Shown: piece after piece, positions 47,045 through 55,242 of the stretch | Layout of the letters: each line of letters opens with the position of its first letter | How positions within the stretch are numbered: the stretch's first letter is position 1 | Virus record (IMG/VR): IMGVR_UViG_3300017988_000845 | Location: 1-55,347 of that record | Direction: 5' to 3' (one strand) | Origin: a virus | Taxonomy: Duplodnaviria; Caudoviricetes | Length of the DNA stretch: 55,347 nucleotides | Position numbers and translations under genes: made by a program | Notes under the pieces: model-generated | Seen by the model: the letters and a program-made list of their open reading frames with translations, nothing else | What the model was told of the DNA's origin: nothing | Databases searched by the model: none

Positions 47045-47830
47045 TCAGACAAGCCCTTCATTGAAACAACAAACCAGCCCATCCGGAACCTGAACATCCC
47101 AATAAAGGCGGTCGGTTTTCTCGCGCTCCGCAGGTAAAGTCATGATTACCCAGTCCTCGGACTGCTCCTTGGCAAGATGGGCATAAATGTCATCATCGCG
47201 CCAACGCCTGCCCGCCATGATGAACCGCGCTCCTCGTGGATCGGCACGACCAATCACAGTGTCATAATATGACGATATTACTTTCAGACATGCGGCACTA
47301 GACGACGCATTCTCTTTGTTGTGTATGTCATCGATAAGCAATACTCTGGCATGTTTGCCCGTCAACGCGGCGGATGTCAGTCCCGCGGCGAAGTATGTCG
47401 CATCGGGATCCCCGGGATTCCGCCCAGTCACATACATTCCCCGCTCGGTGCTCCAACCAGCTTCTTTGTCGGCCTTCACCTTGGGGAAAAGCTGCGACCA
47501 CTGAAAGGAGGTATCAACCCATTCCATGACCGCTTTCTGAAAGCCCTGCATCAAAGCTTCGCCGGCGGATAGACCGAGAATCGTTGTCGTTGGATCGTGC
47601 CCGACGGTGAATGCGGGATAGGCTACGGATAGCATCAAACTCTTGCCCGCTCCCGGGCCAATCAGAATCATGAGCTTCCGTATGCGATTATCCATCAGCG
47701 CCCGCGCCGGATCGCGCAAGTGCGGCGGTAGCGTAATACCGCGATCACGAAACATCACATTGTAGAAAGTGACGAATCCTTCATAGGTGTAAGGAAGGGA
47801 AAGAGAAGAGGAAGCTGGGGAATCGATCAA
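47045..47830 (-). CDS. terL: Terminase large subunit, N-terminal (ATPase) part
   Basis: Walker A GPGAGKS, AAG...ALTGKHA, Walker B LLIDD, RW..DD, W..MTLPA. Confidence 0.85.
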   Translation of the reverse strand: MIDSPASSSLSLPYTYEGFVTFYNVMFRDRGITLPPHLRDPARALMDNRIRKLMILIGPGAGKSLMLSVAYPAFTVGHDPTTTILGLSAGEALMQGFQKAVMEWVDTSFQWSQLFPKVKADKEAGWSTERGMYVTGRNPGDPDATYFAAGLTSAALTGKHARVLLIDDIHNKENASSSAACLKVISSYYDTVIGRADPRGARFIMAGRRWRDDDIYAHLAKEQSEDWVIMTLPAEREKTDRLYWDVQVPDGLVCCFNEGLV

Positions 47831-48273
47831 TTCCCTTCACCCTTCGCCAATTGTTCCGCAACCGAACGGATTCTCTCCACCAGCAAACGATCCTTCGCCG
47901 GCTGGAGGATATAAGGAACAACGCCGAAATAACCGATCAGGATATATTGAACAAGGACGAAGAGCGCATAGCCGGGATAAACCAGACCTATGCATAGAAA
48001 CGAACAGGTCAGAGACCACAGCAAAAGGCACCAGGCTTCCAGAAGATTCCGCAATGTCCTCGCGTGCTTTATTCCGTAAATGCAACAAATGATAACGAAC
48101 ACAATCACCGCATGAAGCGCCGGTATCCAAATTTTGCAAACGACACGGGGCCAGGACGAATGCTGAATGACATCGGTTGCCTGGAGCGCCAGGAGAATAG
48201 CCCCAACGACCGTCAACAAGAACCAGCACCATCCCTCGCGCACGCCGCGACGAAAATATTCAGCGTCATCCAT
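47827..48273 (-). CDS. Membrane protein (about 4 transmembrane segments)
   Basis: Four hydrophobic segments; ATGA overlap with terL-N; start uncertain. Confidence 0.6.
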   Translation of the reverse strand: MDDAEYFRRGVREGWCWFLLTVVGAILLALQATDVIQHSSWPRVVCKIWIPALHAVIVFVIICCIYGIKHARTLRNLLEAWCLLLWSLTCSFLCIGLVYPGYALFVLVQYILIGYFGVVPYILQPAKDRLLVERIRSVAEQLAKGEGN

Positions 48274-48673
48274 GCCCTTTCTCCATCCCCGGGATATAAA
48301 AACAGCGGGCGCCATCCTTCGACCGTACCACTTCCATCGATTCGAACGATACCTCCGGACCCAATATCAGGAATGGTTGCCCAGGGTACCGCAATTGCAT
48401 CCAGGTACTGAAATCCTCGGCCAATCGCATATCGGCAACGGGGCTAAGGAAGCGCAGAATGAATAATCCATCGGGTGCCGACGTCTGACACATGCGCAAC
48501 TCGACCCCGGCCGCTACCGTCGCCCGCACGGCCACGGCGCCCAATCGGGTAAGATCAAGTTCCCCCGTCTCAACATCCTTCACCAGCGCATCGCGCAGCG
48601 CATCGCGCAGCGCCTGCCCAACCATACGGGAAAGAAAGTCATCAACCATATCGCGTTCAGGAGTCATGCTCAT
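48266..48673 (-). CDS. Hypothetical protein
   Basis: GGGGAGG RBS before ATG 48673; operon packing. Confidence 0.55.
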   Translation of the reverse strand: MSMTPERDMVDDFLSRMVGQALRDALRDALVKDVETGELDLTRLGAVAVRATVAAGVELRMCQTSAPDGLFILRFLSPVADMRLAEDFSTWMQLRYPGQPFLILGPEVSFESMEVVRSKDGARCFYIPGMEKGHG

Positions 48674-48739
48674 CCTCCCCGAAGCATGTTTGTAATGACA
48701 CCCGCCGCAAAGAAGAACGAGCCGGTGAGGAAGAACCAA

Positions 48740-49207
48740 TTACTCGGGTTTCTCATTCTGTTTTCTCGCTTTATACATCCGCATATACTTCGTCATGTAC
48801 TTACTCTTCCTCTTCCGATGCGCAGCCGCCAGCGTCTTCGGCCCAGTCCCCCGAATCTGCCCTTCCGGTGGTACGGGCGCCCAACCGAATGCGGTTTCGA
48901 GGGTAACACCGCGCAAATCTTTCGGCTCTCTGCCGTTCAGCCCAACGTATCTGACAATATAACGATTGTCCAATAATGACCGTTCGGCAATCAAGAATTC
49001 CCCGCGCATGGGCATTGCGGCAACTGGACGCCATTCGATCAGCGCCGCTCCACCTTCTTCGGTCCACTTCAATTCGCGGTTGGCCAATCCGCGTATCCAG
49101 GCGGATACGGTCTTGCCAATACGGCGCGCTTCCTTCTTCCACAATCTATGTTCGGACGTGGACGCCCGAACATGGAGAAATTTATCTAGCGTCGACACCG
49201 TCGCCAC
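48740..49207 (-). CDS. Putative ribbon-helix-helix DNA-binding protein
   Basis: LHVRASTSEHRLWKKEARRIGKTVSAWIR is an RHH-like N-terminus; basic C-terminus. Confidence 0.55.
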   Translation of the reverse strand: MATVSTLDKFLHVRASTSEHRLWKKEARRIGKTVSAWIRGLANRELKWTEEGGAALIEWRPVAAMPMRGEFLIAERSLLDNRYIVRYVGLNGREPKDLRGVTLETAFGWAPVPPEGQIRGTGPKTLAAAHRKRKSKYMTKYMRMYKARKQNEKPE

Positions 49208-49231
49208 CGAAGATACCCGATTCCGCGGGGG

Positions 49232-49474
49232 TCATTCTTGAATTCCCCGGCGTTCCAGCATCATGTCGGCGACCGCGTAAGCGTAATCCGCATAGGCTTT
49301 CTCGAACCCACCGACATCATGTTCGGCATTCGGCACCCAGCGACCGGCGAACAGACCGATCATCGCCTGGCCGGCGAACCAATCGCGCAGGGTCAAGCCT
49401 CCGGTCCCCAGATCATTCAGTCTCTGCACTTGCGAATGGGCAAGAACATCTTCGGGCGCCTTGATCTTCATCAT
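49232..49474 (-). CDS. Conserved small phage protein
   Basis: GLTLRDWFAGQAM...AYAVADMML. Confidence 0.75.
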   Translation of the reverse strand: MMKIKAPEDVLAHSQVQRLNDLGTGGLTLRDWFAGQAMIGLFAGRWVPNAEHDVGGFEKAYADYAYAVADMMLERRGIQE

Positions 49475-49776
49475 GAATCCTCCTCGTCCGTTCGCGTACG
49501 CGCACGCGAGGACATCCCCATCGCCGCGCGGTAAACTTCCAACAAACTCTCCTGCTCGATCAGATCAAGAGGGCTCTTCGACCGTTCGGCGATAAGCTTC
49601 TTCATGATCTTGGTATCAAACCCGAACGACTTCGCCTCTTTGTAGACCTCGGAGACATCGGAATTCAGCGCCTTGATCTCTTCGCGCAAGCGCTCGATCC
49701 GGTCGACGAAGGATTTCAGCGCATCGGCGGAGACGGAATTGTGACCGGCGGCAGGTGTTGGTTCAGGAGCGTTCAT
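49471..49776 (-). CDS. gapR: GapR/DUF2312 nucleoid-associated protein homologue
   Basis: LKSFVDRIERLREEIKAL..DV.EVY.EAKS.GFDTKIM......EQESLLEVY.AA. Confidence 0.88.
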   Translation of the reverse strand: MNAPEPTPAAGHNSVSADALKSFVDRIERLREEIKALNSDVSEVYKEAKSFGFDTKIMKKLIAERSKSPLDLIEQESLLEVYRAAMGMSSRARTRTDEEDS

Positions 49777-50066
49777 AGGGGATCACTCCCCTCAACCGCG
49801 TCATCATCCGGTGCCGCGGCCAACGCATCGAAGAGCGTTCGAGACGATACCGCTTGAATGGGATGCCGGTATATGCCAACGCCTCCAGCAGATCCACATC
49901 TTTCCTCAACGTCCGTCTTCTTGAATTCGATGACGATATCACGGACCGATGAATATGCGGCGGGAACCGCAATATTCTCGATCTCATGCCCATCGATAAT
50001 TCTTATGGACCGGAAATGCTTGAGAATCAACGCGTGAAACTCTTCCTCGGTCAAAACGATCTTCAT
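49773..50066 (-). CDS. Hypothetical protein
   Basis: GAGGAGG RBS and ATGA coupling. Confidence 0.6.
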   Translation of the reverse strand: MKIVLTEEEFHALILKHFRSIRIIDGHEIENIAVPAAYSSVRDIVIEFKKTDVEERCGSAGGVGIYRHPIQAVSSRTLFDALAAAPDDDAVEGSDPL

Positions 50067-50266
50067 GACTTAACCTCCTCAGACAATATCCGCACCACCG
50101 CGGTTCTCAGTACCCTGATCTGATCCGACAGATTATACGGTAACGGCGGGTGGTCCGGCGCCATCTCCCATGAACCATCAGCGTTGAATACCGCGCCCAG
50201 TTCCCGCGCCTCCTTGATGCGAAGGCGGGCGGTATCGAGGAAAGATGGAACCAGAAGCTCCATCAC
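50063..50266 (-). CDS. Hypothetical protein
   Basis: AGGAGG RBS; coupled to rfbH. Confidence 0.6.
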   Translation of the reverse strand: MMELLVPSFLDTARLRIKEARELGAVFNADGSWEMAPDHPPLPYNLSDQIRVLRTAVVRILSEEVKS

Positions 50267-51570
50267 CGCCTCCTGAAATATTTCAACAGGCGCTCCACGA
50301 CGTAGTCCCGCATGCCCGCGGTCAAGCCGGGATAGACCCCGATGAACAGCGCCTGGCGCATCAGCCGATCAGTTTCGGTCAACGGCGCAACAAGCCGATG
50401 CGGTATGTCCGCATACCCAGGCTGCCGAAGGATATTGCCGGCGAATAACAGCCGCGTCTCAATCCGCGACCCGGCAAGATACCGAAGCAAATCGACACGG
50501 TCGACGTGATCCCGGAGGATCAGGGGGAATCCGAACCAGGAGGGTTCCGCGGCCGGGTCGACGCTGGCGAATTCGACGTGTTCGGCCAAGTCCCCCAGCG
50601 CGGTACGGTAGTAGTCATAGTTGAACCGACGCTGGGTAATGAACGATGGCAATCTGGCCAACTGCGCGATGCCAACCGCCGCCTGGAGATCGGTCATCTT
50701 CAAATTGTAGCCGATCTCCGAATAGACGTATTTGTGATCGTAGCCATGCGGCAAATCGCCATGATCCTGCTCATAGCGCTTCCCGCATGTGTCGGATGCG
50801 CCCGGCATGCACCAGCAATCCCGTCCCCAATCCCGCAGGGACGGCACGATCTTGGAGAACCGTGAATCATTGATCGCCACCCCGCCACCCTCGCCGGTCG
50901 TCATGTGATGCGCCGGGTAGAACGATACCGAGGACATGTGCCCGAAGGAACCAATCAATTGCCCATTATAGGTCGCGCCAAGGGCATCGCAGCCATCCTC
51001 CAGGAACCATATTCCATGCCGGTCGGCCAGTTCGCGCAACTTCGTAACATTGTGCGGACTGCCAAGCGTGTGCGGAATGAAGATGGCTCGGGTGCGCGGA
51101 CCGATCGCCGCCTCGACCTGGGCATAATCGGCGTTCAGCGTATTTACCGCGCAATCGACGAAGACCGGAATGAGACGGTTCTGCAGGATCGGCGCCAGCG
51201 TCGTCGGGAAAGTGGCCGCCGGCGTGATAACTTCATCCCCATCAGTCGCCCGAATCGGGCACCCCCTGGCACACAGCGCCGAAACCATCAACAGATTGGC
51301 CGAGGACCCGGAATTGACGAGGCAAAAACGATTGACCCCGAAATATTGACGCAGCGCGCGTTCCAGCCGAACTGCGTAGGGTCCGGCGGTCAGCGTGAAA
51401 TCCAGGGCCGAAGAAACGAGCGAAACTATTTCCTCGGCGCCGAAAACCCGGCCAGCGTAATGGACCGTGTCAATGCCTGGGCGAAACGGCTCGGAAACAT
51501 GCGCCAGGCCTTGATAGACTGCGACATCCCGCAGAATCTGCTGACGGAGAAAGGCGGGAGCATCACTCAT
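50263..51570 (-). CDS. rfbH: CDP-4-keto-6-deoxyglucose 3-dehydrase (E1, DdhC/RfbH)
   Basis: VNSGSSANL, HTLG.P, ED.CDALG, SFYPAHHMTTGEGG (His in place of the PLP Lys), RDWGRDCWC...TC Fe-S motif, YDHKY.Y..IGYNLK. Confidence 0.95.
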   Translation of the reverse strand: MSDAPAFLRQQILRDVAVYQGLAHVSEPFRPGIDTVHYAGRVFGAEEIVSLVSSALDFTLTAGPYAVRLERALRQYFGVNRFCLVNSGSSANLLMVSALCARGCPIRATDGDEVITPAATFPTTLAPILQNRLIPVFVDCAVNTLNADYAQVEAAIGPRTRAIFIPHTLGSPHNVTKLRELADRHGIWFLEDGCDALGATYNGQLIGSFGHMSSVSFYPAHHMTTGEGGGVAINDSRFSKIVPSLRDWGRDCWCMPGASDTCGKRYEQDHGDLPHGYDHKYVYSEIGYNLKMTDLQAAVGIAQLARLPSFITQRRFNYDYYRTALGDLAEHVEFASVDPAAEPSWFGFPLILRDHVDRVDLLRYLAGSRIETRLLFAGNILRQPGYADIPHRLVAPLTETDRLMRQALFIGVYPGLTAGMRDYVVERLLKYFRRR

Positions 51571-51916
51571 CCGACATGTCCACTCCGCTCGTTCCGAGAG
51601 GACGCTCCGCCCAACCCTCCACCGTCAGCCGCCTGATTTCCCGGTCCAGATACCACGCCGCCTTGCGCAGATCGGTGATCCTGTTGCTACCGGGTTTGCG
51701 ACCGGCCCGCAGGACATATTTCAGCAGGTTGCCGAGACAAAACCCCAGCTTGTAGTGCTCGATGATCTTGATCGCCTCAAAGGGATCATCAACACCGCCA
51801 TAATGGGCCGGATGGTTCACGAGACTGTCATCGTGCGCACGAGGACCGGATTCCCTCATCAGGGGTGTATCCACGAATTTCATTTGGCTCCGCGCGACTT
51901 CCGCAGGGGATGTCAT
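51563..51916 (-). CDS. DUF3310 family protein
   Basis: VNHPAHY, EAI.IIE, GFCLGN.LKY..RAGRK, DL.KA.WYL.REI. Confidence 0.88.
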   Translation of the reverse strand: MTSPAEVARSQMKFVDTPLMRESGPRAHDDSLVNHPAHYGGVDDPFEAIKIIEHYKLGFCLGNLLKYVLRAGRKPGSNRITDLRKAAWYLDREIRRLTVEGWAERPLGTSGVDMSDE

Positions 51917-52038
51917 GCTCTCAACCTCCATGCCTTCTGTTCCAACCAATCAGTTACCCAGGACATCGCCCAGCCGATCGCGCCGGCGATCACCAGACAA
52001 ATGCCAAGAGCCAGCGCCAGTATGCCGATGTCCATCAT
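51913..52038 (-). CDS. 41-aa single-transmembrane peptide (below ORF cutoff)
   Basis: MMDIGILALALGICLVIAGAIGWAMSWVTDWLEQKAWRLRA; ATGA overlaps at both ends. Confidence 0.55.
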   Translation of the reverse strand: MMDIGILALALGICLVIAGAIGWAMSWVTDWLEQKAWRLRA

Positions 52039-52277
52039 GGTTCGATCACCGGCAAAGTATCAGCGATCTGTGGCGAAATGACGGTACCCAAACGCCGAAC
52101 GCCGGCCATCTCATTCGGATCGACCATATACCAGGCACCGTTCATCAGGAGAAGAACGGCGGCACCGATAACTCCACGCTTTATGATGCGCGGAAGGGGT
52201 GGAAAGGCGTGTTCGGCGGAAGAAGGAATACCGACCATGATGATACCCCGCAGTGTGAACACAAGTTCGTTCCGCAC
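52035..52277 (-). CDS. Small membrane protein resembling the N-terminus of an SPFH/band-7 protein (truncated?)
   Basis: A transmembrane helix, then WYMVDPNEMAGVRRLG, then an early stop. Confidence 0.45.
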   Translation of the reverse strand: MRNELVFTLRGIIMVGIPSSAEHAFPPLPRIIKRGVIGAAVLLLMNGAWYMVDPNEMAGVRRLGTVISPQIADTLPVIEP

Positions 52278-52307
52278 ACCCTATAGATTAGGTATTGCAG
52301 GTGTCAA
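52278..52307 (-). promoter_or_regulatory. Sigma70-type promoter for the leftward rfbH/gapR operon
   Basis: TTGACA (52307-52302) with TATAGG at a 16-nt or TAGGGT at an 18-nt spacer. Confidence 0.5.
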
Positions 52308-52644
52308 GGATATTGTGAACACGTTTTTCGGTCCGGGTCGTTGAATAATGGATATCTGCGCTAGGGGGCAGGCCATTCGCCCGCCGTTGAACGCGGTCCG
52401 CCCCACCTCCCTACCACCTTATGCATCAGCCGCACCACGCGCGGGCCCGCGGGAAGGCTCGCCTTGAGACTGCCCCTGCCCCTCAATAACTCGCAATATA
52501 TTGTGCAATATGTTGTGAGTGGCGGAAATGCTGGGGATTTTAGGGGGTAAACAGACTTTAGACAGTGATACTAGCAATGAAATCGTGAATGCAATGATTT
52601 CATGACATAACGAGAAGTCCATAAATAATTGATGTCATTGGCGA

Positions 52645-53139
52645 TTATTCTCTTGACACCTCTATTATGTTATCAGTTAACGATTCGTCGTCGGCGAAGG
52701 TTCCGCCAGCCGATTCATCGCCTGGCGGAATTACTTCCACGGCGCCCATCGGCAGGTCCGGACGCGATACAACCGACTCGTGGGCTAACTGTGCCGCTTC
52801 CTGAAACGCGATCATGAATTGCTTGACCCTGTCGTCGTCACCTTCCAATTGAACCTTGACCGGCGCCCGACCATAACCACGATCGAGGAGCGCATTCGCG
52901 GCAGCAACCCGTGCTGCATCCTTTGCGTCGGGATTGGCGGCAATCTCTGCCAGAGTCCGAACCGCCAAGAGTGTATATTGCCGGGCGAGCTTTGTGATGG
53001 TCGGATGCACGTATGCATGCCCAAGTGGGTTCCCGGATTCGCCTTTTTTCCACCCATAATTCGGGCGAAATCTGTTTTCCCCCGTCTCTTTCGCTTCTTC
53101 GCTCATTTTTTCCCCCGTCTCTTTCGCTTCTTCGCTCAT
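52645..53139 (-). CDS. terS: Terminase small subunit-like protein (DUF5681-type N-terminus)
   Basis: WKKGESGNP.G, LAR.YT..AV.TL.EI, ARVAAANALLDRGYGR. Confidence 0.7.
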   Translation of the reverse strand: MSEEAKETGEKMSEEAKETGENRFRPNYGWKKGESGNPLGHAYVHPTITKLARQYTLLAVRTLAEIAANPDAKDAARVAAANALLDRGYGRAPVKVQLEGDDDRVKQFMIAFQEAAQLAHESVVSRPDLPMGAVEVIPPGDESAGGTFADDESLTDNIIEVSRE

Positions 53140-53288
53140 TTTTTACCACCCATAATTCGCCAAAAAATCCAATTTCCACCCACGATTCGCCCAAAAATCC
53201 GTTTTTCCACCCAAAAATCCACCCAAAAATCCGTTTTTCGGCTGGAATCCGTTTTCCCCCGTCTCTTTCGCTTCTTCGCTCATTTTTA
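53050..53288. repeat. Repeat complex at the terS 5' end: three exact 33-bp copies plus short repeats
   Basis: ttttcccccgtctctttcgcttcttcgctcatt at 53075, 53108 and 53252; ccacccataattcg twice; caaaaatcc-type words several times. Confidence 0.9.
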
Positions 53289-53430
53289 CCTGTCGATTCA
53301 ACATGTTAGGCCATTCAACCAACCACCGACCGCGCCTTCTTAGCCCAGATGGTAGCGCAGCCAGGGGTCATTTAGCCAGATACCAAAGTCATTATTCGGT
53401 AATCCCTTCTACATTTTTCACCATCTTTTG

Positions 53431-53605
53431 CACAAATACCTTATTTTGCCCCAATAGTTCATCTCTATTCACGTGAAAAAACATAATATTATTATTAGTT
53501 ACATTAAATTATTAAATGTTATTATAATCAATGTAACTAATAATAATATTAACATATGTAGATGTAACAGGACTTGAACTATTGGGGCAAAATAAGGTAT
53601 TTGTG
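53431..53605. repeat. Nested perfect inverted repeats (31-bp outer, 22-bp inner) with AT-rich core
   Basis: 53431-53461 pairs with 53575-53605; 53484-53505 pairs with 53530-53551. Confidence 0.92.
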
Positions 53606-53654
53606 ATATTTCGCGATAACCGATATCTGAATTCACCCTGCACAGGAGCATCGC

Positions 53655-54149
53655 ATGACCGAAAACGCAAAGAAAATCAACCTTCTATGTGCAGCCATGG
53701 GGAGAACGGCGAAGCGCCATCGCTTTCTGGTCCGCATGGCGCTTGCCGAGATGAAACGGAAGCTGGCGAAGGAATCCGCCCGGCACACGGCACGGTGTAA
53801 GCCAGTAAAAAAAGATCCAATGGACCAAGATTATGTGTGGAACAATGACCATACAAAGTTAATCCCTGTTCTCGGGGAGAATGAATCTTACGCATGGAAT
53901 GAAGATCGCACAGCAATGATTGTGGTTGGTCCCCCAAATCCCTATGAAGACTATTATCACCGTAAGCGGATGGCTGTCATTGCTGATAAGTATACCGGTA
54001 CCATCCGGGCAATTCGCGCGAAGACATGGAAGCGTATTGACAATTATTTAGTGGATCATGACTTGTCGCGTACCGACATTCCACTGCAGTGTTTGGCCTT
54101 TTTTCGTACGGAAAATGAGAATTTGGCAAATGTGAAGTTTCCCGCTTGA
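53655..54149 (+). CDS. Hypothetical protein
   Basis: AGGAG RBS; 164 aa; internal near-repeat YVWNNDHT / YAWNEDRT. Confidence 0.65.
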   Translation: MTENAKKINLLCAAMGRTAKRHRFLVRMALAEMKRKLAKESARHTARCKPVKKDPMDQDYVWNNDHTKLIPVLGENESYAWNEDRTAMIVVGPPNPYEDYYHRKRMAVIADKYTGTIRAIRAKTWKRIDNYLVDHDLSRTDIPLQCLAFFRTENENLANVKFPA

Positions 54150-54183
54150 CATACTTTTGATTGAATTTCGTAAATCGCATTCA

Positions 54184-54216
54184 ATCAATTTGCGGAATTC
54201 CTTTCCGCAAATTGAT
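54184..54216. repeat. 14-bp perfect hairpin (terminator or operator)
   Basis: ATCAATTTGCGGAA-ttcct-TTCCGCAAATTGAT; no U-tract. Confidence 0.55.
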
Positions 54217-54324
54217 CATACCCCGATATCCTTTCGCGCATGTAACCCGCTGAAATCGCGAGGAAACACGTCAAGATAAAAATAGGGGATTGATAAAAAT
54301 TATCACGCCTGGCAAGGAATCTTG

Positions 54325-54353
54325 TTGCAGTGACAAGCAATCCTTGCTATTGT
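54325..54353 (+). promoter_or_regulatory. Sigma70-type promoter TTGCAG-N17-TATTGT within an imperfect inverted repeat
   Basis: Flanked by GCAAGGAATCTTG..CAAGCAATCCTTGC; upstream of small early-type genes. Confidence 0.4.
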
Positions 54354-54528
54354 GTGGATCATGAAATGAACACGTGGAATCACTCATGCGCTATGCGACA
54401 TCCCGTCAAGTTTTCGAGCGGCGTAGTCCTTTTGGTTCACAAAAGCGGATTTCGCGTTGTCTGACATAGCGTAGTAACAAGCGCAAGCGGGTGGAAATCC
54501 CGCACCAATTTAAGAAGGAGTCAAGACC

Positions 54529-54912
54529 ATGCCCGAATTTATCCTTAACGGTCAGGACAATCCAGCCTATCGCGCACTTGACGATTTCGCGAAAGGCTAC
54601 GTTCAAGCAATGTTTTTCGCCGACACTCCGGAAGGCGAGGATTGGTCATTCGGTGACCTATCGGAAAGCGCTTTTCGCAAGATTAAGGAGGATTGCGCGT
54701 CCTTTTGCGCGGATCAAAGGACTCTTGATTTGATCGACGGCGACGAAGAACGGGCAGGACGTGATTTTTGGTATACGCGCCAAAGGCATGGTTGCGGATT
54801 TTGGGATGGTGACTGGGATCTGGTCGATGTTGAAGGCTACCTTGACGCCAGAGCCGGGACTTTCGGCGAAGTCTATCCGTACAAAGGTGACGATGGTTTG
54901 ATCTATTTCTAG
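54529..54912 (+). CDS. Conserved phage hypothetical protein
   Basis: AAGGAG RBS; AG.DFW.TR..HG.GFWD motif. Confidence 0.8.
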   Translation: MPEFILNGQDNPAYRALDDFAKGYVQAMFFADTPEGEDWSFGDLSESAFRKIKEDCASFCADQRTLDLIDGDEERAGRDFWYTRQRHGCGFWDGDWDLVDVEGYLDARAGTFGEVYPYKGDDGLIYF

Positions 54913-55007
54913 CGTATCGGTTTTTAGGGTTGCTCGGTCAACAAGCCGATCAATCCTAAGTATCGACTCTTAACCCTGACCCTGCAACACCGTTTGGAGT
55001 CATTACC

Positions 55008-55223
55008 ATGGCAACATATCGTGTATTCAAGCTCGAAATAATCACCGATGGTTCCGCCTTTGGCGATGATGATGATGCATCCTGCGCCGGGGAGATTGCT
55101 CGCATTCTTCGCTCGGCAGCGGATAATCTGGAATCGGGTGGAGCGGGCGCTTTGCAACACCTGTGGGATTGGAACGGCAATTGTGTTGGTTCCGCGTGCC
55201 TGATCAATCGGTGTGAACGCTGA
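55008..55223 (+). CDS. Small phage protein
   Basis: GGAG RBS; AF.D....EIARILR..AD...L.D.NGN.VG. Confidence 0.75.
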   Translation: MATYRVFKLEIITDGSAFGDDDDASCAGEIARILRSAADNLESGGAGALQHLWDWNGNCVGSACLINRCER

Positions 55224-55242
55224 TAAAAGGGAGTTTTCTCGA

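Noticed and set aside
43917-47070. Split intein or group I intron joining the terL halves
   Set aside because: The N-half ends CFNEGLV, superficially like an intein start, but the C-half has no intein body or HN-C/S/T junction. I could not recognise an intron core or homing endonuclease. Not formally excluded without Infernal or RT-PCR.
47827-48273. Holin
   Set aside because: It is a membrane protein with no lysis-gene context or recognisable motif.
53050-53288. CRISPR array
   Set aside because: Two of the 33-bp copies are directly adjacent with no spacer, the unit is protein-coding, and no cas genes are present.
53431-53605. Protelomerase (telRL) site
   Set aside because: Those targets are uninterrupted palindromes; this one has non-palindromic spacers and no protelomerase is in view.
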